Shown: in pieces, positions 30,941-39,557 of the stretch | How the letters are laid out: each line of letters begins with the position of its first letter | Numbering within the stretch: position 1 is the first letter of the stretch | From: an uncultured delta proteobacterium | GTDB taxonomy: Bacteria; Myxococcota_A; Polyangia; Polyangiales; Houyiibacteriaceae | NCBI GenBank assembly: GCA_963699755.1 | Contig: CAVOVB010000008.1 | Span: 147,638 to 211,637, forward strand | DNA: 64,000 nt | Reading direction: 5' to 3' | Program-made: the position numbers and the translations under genes | Notes under the pieces: model-generated | The model's input: only the letters and a program-made list of their open reading frames with translations | The model's database searches: none | Told to the model about the DNA's origin: nothing

Positions 30941-32308
30941 ATGCGCCGAGCTCGGGTTCTTCTGCTTATGGGCGTGCTCTGTGTTCCCATGACGGCTCGG
31001 GCTGGCAACAGCGACGAGGTCAACGCCGGGCTGGACGTCACCCTCACGGGCGGCGCCGTCGTGGCGACGACGTATACCGGTGCGGCACTCTGGTACAACC
31101 CAGCGGGAATCGCAGGAATCAACAAGGCTTCCCTCGAGCTCACCGGAATCACCATGCAGATTCAGATCGTCAAGGTCCCCGGCCTGCTGACGATCGACAC
31201 CGACCCCCAGGCCCAGAGCGAGGGCAAGACCGTGAACTTCACCGTCATCCCTCAAGCGATCACCTTCACCCTGAAGCTCAGAGAGAACCTCAAGCTCGGT
31301 GTGGGGCTCTTCAACAGCTCCATTCGCCGCTCGTTCGTCACCGAGCAGGTCACGACCGCGGCCGGCATCGAGCCAGTGGCGAGGGCGGTCGGCGGTCAGA
31401 ACTCCAGAATCGACTTCTTTCACGTCAGCGGCGGCCTGGCCGGGACGTTTGGCAACAAGCAGAAGGTGCTGATCGGCGGTGCGTTTGACGTCGTCGTGGC
31501 CACGGCCCGCGTCGACGCGACCCAATCGGTCTTCTATGACGATGGAGAGCAGGGCTTCGCCACGGGCAGCTCGGTGGCGACCGATACGGGTTTTGGCCTG
31601 CAGCTCAAGGCAGGCATCCAGTGGGTCCCGATTCCCGAAGTCCGGGTCGGGTTCTCGGTCGCGTCGCCTTCTTTCGCCTTCGTGATCCTCAATCGCTTTG
31701 CGGACAATTTCGGCCAGAGCCCGCCGGCAGGCATCGTGCTTCCCCCTGGGGATCCGAATGCCCAAGCCGCCGATGGCGCGGAGTCCCGGGGCGCACGCGG
31801 CGGCTGGTGGGGCGTCGAGCCAGGTAACTTTCGCTTTGGGATCGCGTACGTCGGGAACTGGGGCTGGGTCGAGGCCGACCTCATCACCCAGTGGCGGCTT
31901 CGCACCCCCGAGCTCGACATCGATCTACAGCCGATCGTCAACGGCCGGATCGGAAGCGCGTTTCGCTTGACCAAGTTCGTCAATCTCGGGGTGGGCTTGT
32001 TTACCGATCGAAGCCCCATCGACAGGCTCGAGGTGACCCCGTTCGCGACGAGTGACATCAACTTCTACGGTGCGCACCTGGGTTTTCTGTTCTCCAACCG
32101 GGAGGTCCATCCTGGCCGGCCCGATGCCGATGCGCAGGAGCGCGGCGGCTTCGCCATCGCGATCGGCTTTCGTTACTCCTTTGGACGTGGGCAGGGCTTG
32201 GGCGCTCTGCTTCCCGCTCAGTATGACCCGTCGTCGATCACGGCGACTGGCAGCGGGGGCAGGATCAACGAAATCGCTTTGAATCTCGGCGCCAACGTCA
32301 GCTTCTGA
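30941..32308 (+). CDS. FadL/OmpP1-like outer-membrane transport protein
   Basis: Signal peptide, ALWYNPAGIA (NPA hatch motif), many amphipathic strands and terminal LGANVSF. Confidence 0.7.
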   Translation: MRRARVLLLMGVLCVPMTARAGNSDEVNAGLDVTLTGGAVVATTYTGAALWYNPAGIAGINKASLELTGITMQIQIVKVPGLLTIDTDPQAQSEGKTVNFTVIPQAITFTLKLRENLKLGVGLFNSSIRRSFVTEQVTTAAGIEPVARAVGGQNSRIDFFHVSGGLAGTFGNKQKVLIGGAFDVVVATARVDATQSVFYDDGEQGFATGSSVATDTGFGLQLKAGIQWVPIPEVRVGFSVASPSFAFVILNRFADNFGQSPPAGIVLPPGDPNAQAADGAESRGARGGWWGVEPGNFRFGIAYVGNWGWVEADLITQWRLRTPELDIDLQPIVNGRIGSAFRLTKFVNLGVGLFTDRSPIDRLEVTPFATSDINFYGAHLGFLFSNREVHPGRPDADAQERGGFAIAIGFRYSFGRGQGLGALLPAQYDPSSITATGSGGRINEIALNLGANVSF

Positions 32309-33425
32309 ACAGCGCGCGGAATCGTCCCCACCAATCGGCGCCAAGGGTGTACACGCCGGCGAAGAAGAGCGCTTCGGAAGTCACCAGGAGCCCAACGAAC
32401 CACGTCAGCTGCTCAGGGCGCTTCAGGCCTGCGACCGTCGGGAAGGTTCCGTCTGCAACCGAACCGAAATGAGCAGCAATCGGAAACACCAAGGCCAGGA
32501 ACTGCGCCGCGACGTGTAAGGCGAGGAGTGAAACCCCCGCCCTGTGGCGTCGGAGCGAGACCGGCTCGCCCGACGGCGTTCGCTTGAGCACGGCAAAGAG
32601 CCGCGTCTTGAGCTCCTTGAAACCCTCTTTGCCGAGCAAGACGATGCTGCTCGCGCTGATGATCTCTCCTGCGGCCAAAATCACTGCGACGACGCCGACC
32701 ATTCGGCCACTGGCCAAACCAAAGGCGGGCAAGAGCATGCCGGTCACCGCAAGCAGGTTGCCGAAGATGAAGACGCCGAGGCCGAGCCGATAGCGAAGAG
32801 TTGGAGCTGGCCTCGGCGCTTTGGGCTCGGGTGCTGAAGGGGCGCCTTCGTAGCGAAAGAGCTGCTTGAAGCGCTCCCACCAGGCCGGCCCCAGCGCAAA
32901 GATCGCGAGCACGAACAGAAGCTCGGCGGCGATCACCGCCCAGACCAGTACGGGCCCCTGCGCGTCGAACGTCAGGCCAAATACGGCAGGGAAGGGGTCT
33001 TCGGGGGTCGCAGCGCTGTAGCCGAGGATGGCCATCGTCCATACGAACAAATACGCCGCGAGGTGCGCGAGCAGGACCGCGATGCCGAAAAGACGGCGTC
33101 GGGCGGTGATGGGCTGAGCCGTCGCCGCTTCGCCGCGCCGCAAGACGACGGAGCCTCGTGCCTGTAGTGTTTGGTACCCCTCGTTTCCGAGGGCGAGGAC
33201 GCTTCCGAGCGTTGTGAGTTCGCCGACGGCCACGAGGGCGATGACCCATGCCCCGGTGCTCCCCTGCACATATCCCAGAGCCGCCAACACCAGCCCCAGG
33301 ATCGCGAGCGCGTTGCCAATCCCGAAGAGTAGAAAACCCATCGAGGCCGAACATGCCACAGATGTCCGGTCCGGACCTACCGCTGAAGGAGGTTTGGCGA
33401 CCGTTCGGGTTGCGTAATCAACCAC
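32298..33425 (-). CDS. Membrane protein made of two tandem copies of a ~160-aa 4-TM unit (transporter-suffix-domain-like)
   Basis: The two halves share GN..G, GE...S...LG.EG, P(I/V)..RR, FP.V.GL, E.LF and LG..WW.RF..LFR. Start uncertain (ATG 33341 possible). Confidence 0.7.
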   Translation of the reverse strand: MVDYATRTVAKPPSAVGPDRTSVACSASMGFLLFGIGNALAILGLVLAALGYVQGSTGAWVIALVAVGELTTLGSVLALGNEGYQTLQARGSVVLRRGEAATAQPITARRRLFGIAVLLAHLAAYLFVWTMAILGYSAATPEDPFPAVFGLTFDAQGPVLVWAVIAAELLFVLAIFALGPAWWERFKQLFRYEGAPSAPEPKAPRPAPTLRYRLGLGVFIFGNLLAVTGMLLPAFGLASGRMVGVVAVILAAGEIISASSIVLLGKEGFKELKTRLFAVLKRTPSGEPVSLRRHRAGVSLLALHVAAQFLALVFPIAAHFGSVADGTFPTVAGLKRPEQLTWFVGLLVTSEALFFAGVYTLGADWWGRFRALFRS

Positions 33426-33486
33426 TGGCGCTCCGGGTCAAGCGCTGCTTTGACTCTTGATGGATCTTCGTTCTACTAGACCCTCG

Positions 33487-34704
33487 ATGAGTGAGACCCC
33501 CGACGACTTGAAGCCCGGCCTGCCGTTTTCGCTCGTGAACAAGCTCGATGGGCTCAGCAAGAAGATGATTCCGATCGACTCCAAGCGGGCGATGAAGATG
33601 GCTCAGCGAGTCACAGGGCTCGACGATTGGGGAGACGGCGGGTTTCGGGCGCGGCTCGATTCGGCCGTCGATGGTCTCAATGACGCAGAACTAAATACGA
33701 CAGGTCTCTTCGGTGCGCGCTACGTCCTCAACTGGCACCTCGGGAACAGGCTTCGGGTCGTCGACTTCGCCAATCGGCATCCCGAGCTCGACGACGTCGA
33801 CATCGAGCGTCCTGTGGTCATCACGGGATTCTTCCGCACCGGCACTACGTTCCTCCACAACGTTCTCGCTGCCGACCCGAACAACCGCGTGGCCCAAGCC
33901 TGGGAGCTTGCCTATCCACTCGGCCGCCTAGGCGATCCCCTGGGTGACGCCGCTTGGCGGCGCGCGCAGGCCAAGTTCACGTTCGGCTTCAACCAGGCCG
34001 CAATCCCCGATCAGGGCGTTGCCCACAACGTCACCGCGGACTCTTACGAAGAGGACTTCTTCCTGCTCGAAAACGACATGGCCGTGCTGACCTTTTGGGT
34101 GGGTTTCGCCGCCTATAGCTACGCCATGGACATGCTCGATTGGGACATGACCGAGCCTTACGAGTTCCACAAGCTGCAGCTCAAGATCCTGAACGCGCAA
34201 CGCTCCGCGAAGCGCTGGGTGCTGAAGTGCCCCTGGCACATCTGGAACTTGGACGCGCTGATGGCGGTGTACCCGGACGCCCAGATCATCTTCACGCATC
34301 GAGACATCACCAAGGCGCTCGCCTCGCACTGCAGCTTGTCAGCCAAGATGGCTTCCAAATTGAAGCGTAGCCTCGATGTGAAGGAGCTCGGCCAGTTCTG
34401 GCTCGAGTACACCCGGATCGGTCTGGAACGAGCGATGGAGTCCCGAAACAAGATTCCCGAGTCGCAGCTCTACGATGTCCGGCTTCGCGACCTGATGGCC
34501 AGCCCGATGACGGTGCTGCGGGACATCTACTCGCACTTCGACCTGGAGTTCACCGAGGAGGTCGCTCGGCTGCTCGAAGAACGCATCGCCGAAAAGCCAA
34601 CCTCCCAGGAGGGCGAGCACGAATATGCCATCGAGGATTTCGGACTCAGCGACGAGCAGGTGCGCGAGACGCTCAAGGCGTACAACGAGCGATTCGGCGT
34701 CTAG
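33487..34704 (+). CDS. Sulfotransferase family protein
   Basis: PAPS-binding loop ITGFFRTGTTFLHNVL, WVLKCPWH and YPDAQIIFTHRD. Confidence 0.88.
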   Translation: MSETPDDLKPGLPFSLVNKLDGLSKKMIPIDSKRAMKMAQRVTGLDDWGDGGFRARLDSAVDGLNDAELNTTGLFGARYVLNWHLGNRLRVVDFANRHPELDDVDIERPVVITGFFRTGTTFLHNVLAADPNNRVAQAWELAYPLGRLGDPLGDAAWRRAQAKFTFGFNQAAIPDQGVAHNVTADSYEEDFFLLENDMAVLTFWVGFAAYSYAMDMLDWDMTEPYEFHKLQLKILNAQRSAKRWVLKCPWHIWNLDALMAVYPDAQIIFTHRDITKALASHCSLSAKMASKLKRSLDVKELGQFWLEYTRIGLERAMESRNKIPESQLYDVRLRDLMASPMTVLRDIYSHFDLEFTEEVARLLEERIAEKPTSQEGEHEYAIEDFGLSDEQVRETLKAYNERFGV

Positions 34705-34776
34705 AGCCGCGGCTTGTCTGTTGGCTGCGGGGCTCCTAAAAGGCCCTCGGTGACGAGGATGAGTAAGTCGTAGACG

Positions 34777-36741
34777 ATGCGTGAAGCGGGGGCACGGTTC
34801 AGAAAGCTAGATGCGTTCACGACCGCAACGGTCCGGCTTGGGGTCTTCTCGGTTTGGCCCACGCTGGTCGCCATCGCGCTTGGTGCAACGCTCTTTGCAG
34901 CCACCCATGCCGAGCTGCTGCCGGCCATGTTCAACAACAAGCTGACGCGGGAAGAGCGATTCCTCGGGCTCGGCTTCTTTGCGGCCTCGTGGATCTTGGT
35001 GGGCGCGCTCTATCTGCTCGCACTTCGCTATCCGCGCACTGACCATAGCCCTCCGGGCGTCGACCGGGCCCGGCGGCTACATCCGTACCTATCTTTCCTT
35101 CTGAGTGGACCTGCCATCGTCGCCCTCACGGAGCCGAAGATCGAGACCACGCACCAGTGGTTGACCTGGCTCTACATCGCTCTCGCCGTGCTGGCCTGGT
35201 GGCCGACCTTTTCGGCTTGGAGCCAACATCTGCGGGCGCTGAATCGATCGCCGATCCTCTCGGAACGCCAGCGAGACTGGATCGGTTTGGGCATCGTCTT
35301 CGCGATCTGGGCGGCGTACGCGTACGTTTTCTCGAAGCTCGCCATCACCCATCACCACGCCTTTCAGATGCGCACCATGGACCTCGGCGTCTACGACAAC
35401 ATCTTCTACCAGTCGAGCCACGGACGACCCCTCGGCTGCACTCTCGTTCGCGGGGGCACCCACGCTTCGGCGCACTTCGACCCAATCCTGGTCATCCTCT
35501 CTCCGCTCTATCGACTCTGGCCGCGCGCGGAGCTTTTGCTGGTCTTGCAGTCCGTGTGGTTGGGAGCGGGCGCGGTTGCCACCTATCTCATCGGGCGCGG
35601 TCAACTCGGCTCTCGCGCTTGGGGTCTCATTTGGGCGCTGGCGTACGTGCTGCACCCTGCGCTGCACGGCGCCAATCTCTACGAGTTCCACTCGCTGACA
35701 CTCGTCTTTACTCCGCTTCTCTTCGCGCTCTACTTCCTTTTCTCGGGGAGGTTCCCGCTCTACTTCGCAAGCTTGGCCGTGCTTCTTCTCATTCGAGAGG
35801 ATGTCTCGCTGCTGATGTGCTTCGTGGGACTGTATGGCGTTTTGTCGGGAGAACCCCCGTACAAGCGCGCAGGCTGGGCGACGATTCTGATCAGCTTGGT
35901 CTACCTGGTCGTCGTCAAGACTGTGTTCATGCAGGCGACCGGTCTTTTCAACCAGGGCGGCGGCGCGCACGGATACGTCTACTACTACGAGGAGATGATC
36001 CCGAACAAATGGGGAGAGGCCGATTTCTTGATCTCGCTGCTCACCAACCCAGCGTTCGTCGTCGACCTCATCGCGAGGGAGAAAAAGGTCCAGTACCTGC
36101 TCGTGGTCTTCTTCCCATTGTTGTTTCTTCCAGCCTGGGCCGGGCGAGCCAGGGTGATCTTGCTCTATGGGCTCCTCTTCATTCTGCTCGCGTCGAAGTC
36201 CGCGGTGTACAGCCCGCATTTCCAGTACTCTGCCGTCCTTCTGCCCGTCGCCATCGCGCTTGCGCCGCTGGGGCTTCGCCGCCTGGCCGCCTCGCGCCCG
36301 AAACACAAGAGTCTGACGGCTGTGTTCATGGGCTGCGTGTTGATCGCAAGCCTCCTGGTGAGCTGGAAGTTCGGCGCCATCGTCGAGAACAACAGCTTCC
36401 GGGGCGGCTACAGGACAGTAGTGCGCGCACTCACCGAAGACACGCGGCAACGCTACGACGCATTCGTCGAGCTGATCAGCCGGATCGAGCCCGACGCATC
36501 CGTTTCGGTCACCGATCGAATCGGTGCCCACGTCTCCAATCGTGCGCACGTCTACTACCTCGATCACAACGTCGACACTGACTACTACCTGGTCGAGGCA
36601 CACGATCTTCGTGGGCGAAACAAGAGCGTCTTCGACAAGCGCAAGGCGGCGGGCACGCTGGAGCTCGTCCAGCGTGAGCGTCATTGGAGCCTCTATCGAT
36701 CGGTCAGCCCAGCCGAGACCGAAGAGGCCATCGACCCGTGA
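34777..36741 (+). CDS. DUF2079-like membrane protein, predicted GT-C glycosyltransferase
   Basis: More than 12 TMs, with DLGVYDNIFYQ, HFDPIL, YEFH, LIRED and FQYSA. Confidence 0.75.
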   Translation: MREAGARFRKLDAFTTATVRLGVFSVWPTLVAIALGATLFAATHAELLPAMFNNKLTREERFLGLGFFAASWILVGALYLLALRYPRTDHSPPGVDRARRLHPYLSFLLSGPAIVALTEPKIETTHQWLTWLYIALAVLAWWPTFSAWSQHLRALNRSPILSERQRDWIGLGIVFAIWAAYAYVFSKLAITHHHAFQMRTMDLGVYDNIFYQSSHGRPLGCTLVRGGTHASAHFDPILVILSPLYRLWPRAELLLVLQSVWLGAGAVATYLIGRGQLGSRAWGLIWALAYVLHPALHGANLYEFHSLTLVFTPLLFALYFLFSGRFPLYFASLAVLLLIREDVSLLMCFVGLYGVLSGEPPYKRAGWATILISLVYLVVVKTVFMQATGLFNQGGGAHGYVYYYEEMIPNKWGEADFLISLLTNPAFVVDLIAREKKVQYLLVVFFPLLFLPAWAGRARVILLYGLLFILLASKSAVYSPHFQYSAVLLPVAIALAPLGLRRLAASRPKHKSLTAVFMGCVLIASLLVSWKFGAIVENNSFRGGYRTVVRALTEDTRQRYDAFVELISRIEPDASVSVTDRIGAHVSNRAHVYYLDHNVDTDYYLVEAHDLRGRNKSVFDKRKAAGTLELVQRERHWSLYRSVSPAETEEAIDP

Positions 36742-37679
36742 GTCACCCCCGCTTTCGGTGGGCGATGCGCCTCCTCGGGCCCCTGCTGATCGCCTGGGTC
36801 TTGTGGCGCTTTGCCGACCTCTCCCTGCTCGCGGATACCTTCGCCCAGGCATCCATCGGACCCCTAGTCGTGGCGGTCCTGCTCGATGCCGTGATGATCC
36901 ATGTGAAGCTCTGGCGCTGGCGCAACTTGCTACGCGCAGTCGACGCGCGACTATCGCTGGGGAGCGCGTATCGTGCGTATCTCCCGTCGCTATTCCTAGG
37001 CTTGGCGACCCCAGGTCGAGTTGGCGACGCGCTCCGAATCCAGTACCTCAAGCGAGATCATTCGATTGGGTACTCGGCGGGCCTCGCCGTCTCCGTCGTC
37101 GACCGTCTTTGTGACGTGTACGTCCTTCTTGCGTTCGTAACGCTTGGGGTCGTCCACTTGGCGCGCATCGTTTCAGCTCCGCTCGGGCAGATGACTTGGA
37201 TTGGGGTGGTGCTCGTCGCTCTCGCCCCCGCGCTCCTGTTCGTACGGGGCGTCGCCGAGCCCGCAGCCCAATGGCTGTATGGTCGTTTCTCGGAGGGCGA
37301 GACTCACAGCGGGTTGAGCACGTTCTTCGCTGCGCTTCGGCGTCAGATCGGTCCGAGCCTCTTCGTGCCAGTTGCGCTCACCGTCGTCGCTTTCGTCACG
37401 AGCTACATTCAAGCCTGGCTAGTTGCGAAGGCGCTTGGGCTCGATCTCACGTTCATCGATGTCGCGGCCTTGGTCGCGATCAGCTCCTTTCTAAGCCTGC
37501 TTCCGATCTCGATCTCTGGTGTCGGAGTCCGCGAATCCTTCTTTGCGCTGATCTTCCCTTCGTTCGGGCTTGCTGCAACGCTCGGTATCGCCTTCGGATT
37601 GGGCGTGTTCGCAGTCACCTATCTGCCGGCGCTCCTTGTGGGTTTCGTCGCCTGGTTGGCCTGGCCGCCCTCGAAGTAG
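36738..37679 (+). CDS. LPG-synthase TM domain (UPF0104) flippase-like protein
   Basis: GTGA overlap with the upstream gene. WRW, TPGRVGDALR, VDRLCD and LPISISGVGVRE. Confidence 0.85.
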   Translation: MSHPRFRWAMRLLGPLLIAWVLWRFADLSLLADTFAQASIGPLVVAVLLDAVMIHVKLWRWRNLLRAVDARLSLGSAYRAYLPSLFLGLATPGRVGDALRIQYLKRDHSIGYSAGLAVSVVDRLCDVYVLLAFVTLGVVHLARIVSAPLGQMTWIGVVLVALAPALLFVRGVAEPAAQWLYGRFSEGETHSGLSTFFAALRRQIGPSLFVPVALTVVAFVTSYIQAWLVAKALGLDLTFIDVAALVAISSFLSLLPISISGVGVRESFFALIFPSFGLAATLGIAFGLGVFAVTYLPALLVGFVAWLAWPPSK

Positions 37680-37757
37680 CTCGGCGTTGGGGACTGCGAC
37701 TGACTCGGTTGCGGGGCGAAGACATCATGATAGCATCGCCGCGCGGTTATCGAGGGA

Positions 37758-38525
37758 ATGCATCAGGTGAACGGTATTTCGGAGCTGGAGCGCCAGCAGG
37801 TTTCGCTCGCGCAAACGCAGGGGGCAGACTTCCGCTTGGATGCCATCCGTCGATTGGTCGCCGATCGCATCGCGCCTGGGACGGTCTTGGACGTGGGCTG
37901 CGGGGCCGGCGGCCTGGTGACCTGGTTGCTGGCGCACGGTTACGATGCCCGGGGCATCGATCTCAGCGCACCGATCGTGGCAGCCGCACAGGAGAATCTT
38001 CGTTTGTGTGGGCTCGACCCTTCGAGGATTCGCGAGGCCTCGGTCGACAGTCTGGTCGAGCACGGAGAGCTTGCCGACAATGTCGTCAGCATGGATTGCC
38101 TGGAGCACATCGAAGACGATGGCAGAGCGTTCGCGAGTCTGGTCTCGGCGACTCGCCCGGGTGGCCGACTCATCGTGACCGTCCCCGCCATGCCAAGCCT
38201 CTTCGGAGCCAAGGATCGGGCCATCGGCCACTATCGTCGATACACGCCCGAGCGCCTGAAGGAGCTCGCCGCTCGACATCCACTTCGGGTGGACGAGCTG
38301 AAGTATTGGAATCTCCTCGGGGTCGCGCCGACCTTCATGGCGGTGCATCTCTTTGATCGAGCGGTGGACGAGTCGTTTCGCTACGGCGAAGCTGGTGCTG
38401 GGAAGCGGGCGCTGCGGCGCGGGCTCTCCGCTTGGTTCCGACACGTCGAGAATCGTCTCAGGCCGCCTGTCGGGCTCACGCTGCTCCTGGTCGCCACCGC
38501 GCTCGGTGAGTCGGGGAACGAATGA
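37758..38525 (+). CDS. Class I SAM-dependent methyltransferase
   Basis: VLDVGCGAG, DCLEHIEDD, PGGRLIVTVPA and D..IGHYRRYT. Confidence 0.9.
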   Translation: MHQVNGISELERQQVSLAQTQGADFRLDAIRRLVADRIAPGTVLDVGCGAGGLVTWLLAHGYDARGIDLSAPIVAAAQENLRLCGLDPSRIREASVDSLVEHGELADNVVSMDCLEHIEDDGRAFASLVSATRPGGRLIVTVPAMPSLFGAKDRAIGHYRRYTPERLKELAARHPLRVDELKYWNLLGVAPTFMAVHLFDRAVDESFRYGEAGAGKRALRRGLSAWFRHVENRLRPPVGLTLLLVATALGESGNE

Positions 38526-39541
38526 ACGATCCCATGGCCGGTCCAGACACCCCCGAGCGGGAGCTCTCCGTCGTGCTCCCGGTGTTCAACGAGGAAGAGA
38601 GCATTACCGAAGCGGTTCGCGAAATCCACGAAGCGCTCGACCTGACCGGCATCGATTTCGAGATCGTCTGCGTGGACGACGGTTCTCGAGACCGAAGCTT
38701 TGAAGTGTTGTGCACGTTGGCGGTCGACGACCCGCGACTCGTGGTGTGCCGATTCCGCAGGAACTTCGGTCAGACCGCTGCCATGCAGGCCGGCATCGAC
38801 ACGGCCCGCGGCGCCGTCATCGTCACCATGGACGCCGACCTTCAAAATGATCCGAGGGACATTCCGGCGATGCTCGAGAAGCTCGATGAGGGCTTCGACA
38901 TGGTTGCGGGCTGGCGGTACGGGCGAAAGGACACCTTCATCAACAGGCGCCTGCCCTCGATCATCGCGAACCGGCTCATCGGCCAAACGACTGGAATTCG
39001 GCTTCACGACTATGGCTGTACGCTCAAGGCGATGCGGTGCGACCTCGCCAAGGAGCTGCGCCTGTATGGGGAGATGCACCGCTTCATTCCGGTGATGGCG
39101 TCTTTGGTTGGAGCCCGCATCACCGAGATGAAGGTCAACCACCGCGCGCGTCAATTCGGGAAATCCAAATATGGAATCGGCCGGACCACCAGGGTGATCT
39201 TGGACCTGCTCACCGTCTTGTTCCTGCAGTCCTTTCTGGTTCGTCCCATGCAGGTGTTCGGCCTGTCGGGGCTCGTGCTCGGTCTCTTGGGGTTCGGCAT
39301 CAGCGGCTACCTGGCGGTCGAGAAGCTCGCGTTTGGCGTGGAGCTGGGGAACCGTCCACTCTTGTTGCTTGGGGCGATCCTCATCCTGGTCGGCATTCAG
39401 CTGCTCTCTCTCGGCCTGGTCGCGGACGTGCTCGGCCGGACGTACCACGAGGCACAAGGAAAACGGGCCTACCACGTGAGGGAGTGGGTCGTCGGCGGTC
39501 GTGCTGTGCGGCCCGTCCGAGAGCTGACGCATCACGACTAG
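38522..39541 (+). CDS. GT2 polyprenyl-phosphate glycosyltransferase (ArnC/GtrB/DPM1-like)
   Basis: SVVLPVFNEE, VDDGSRD, RNFGQTAA, MDADLQNDP and two C-terminal TMs. Confidence 0.92.
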   Translation: MNDPMAGPDTPERELSVVLPVFNEEESITEAVREIHEALDLTGIDFEIVCVDDGSRDRSFEVLCTLAVDDPRLVVCRFRRNFGQTAAMQAGIDTARGAVIVTMDADLQNDPRDIPAMLEKLDEGFDMVAGWRYGRKDTFINRRLPSIIANRLIGQTTGIRLHDYGCTLKAMRCDLAKELRLYGEMHRFIPVMASLVGARITEMKVNHRARQFGKSKYGIGRTTRVILDLLTVLFLQSFLVRPMQVFGLSGLVLGLLGFGISGYLAVEKLAFGVELGNRPLLLLGAILILVGIQLLSLGLVADVLGRTYHEAQGKRAYHVREWVVGGRAVRPVRELTHHD

Positions 39542-39557
39542 GCAACGATGGCATCGG

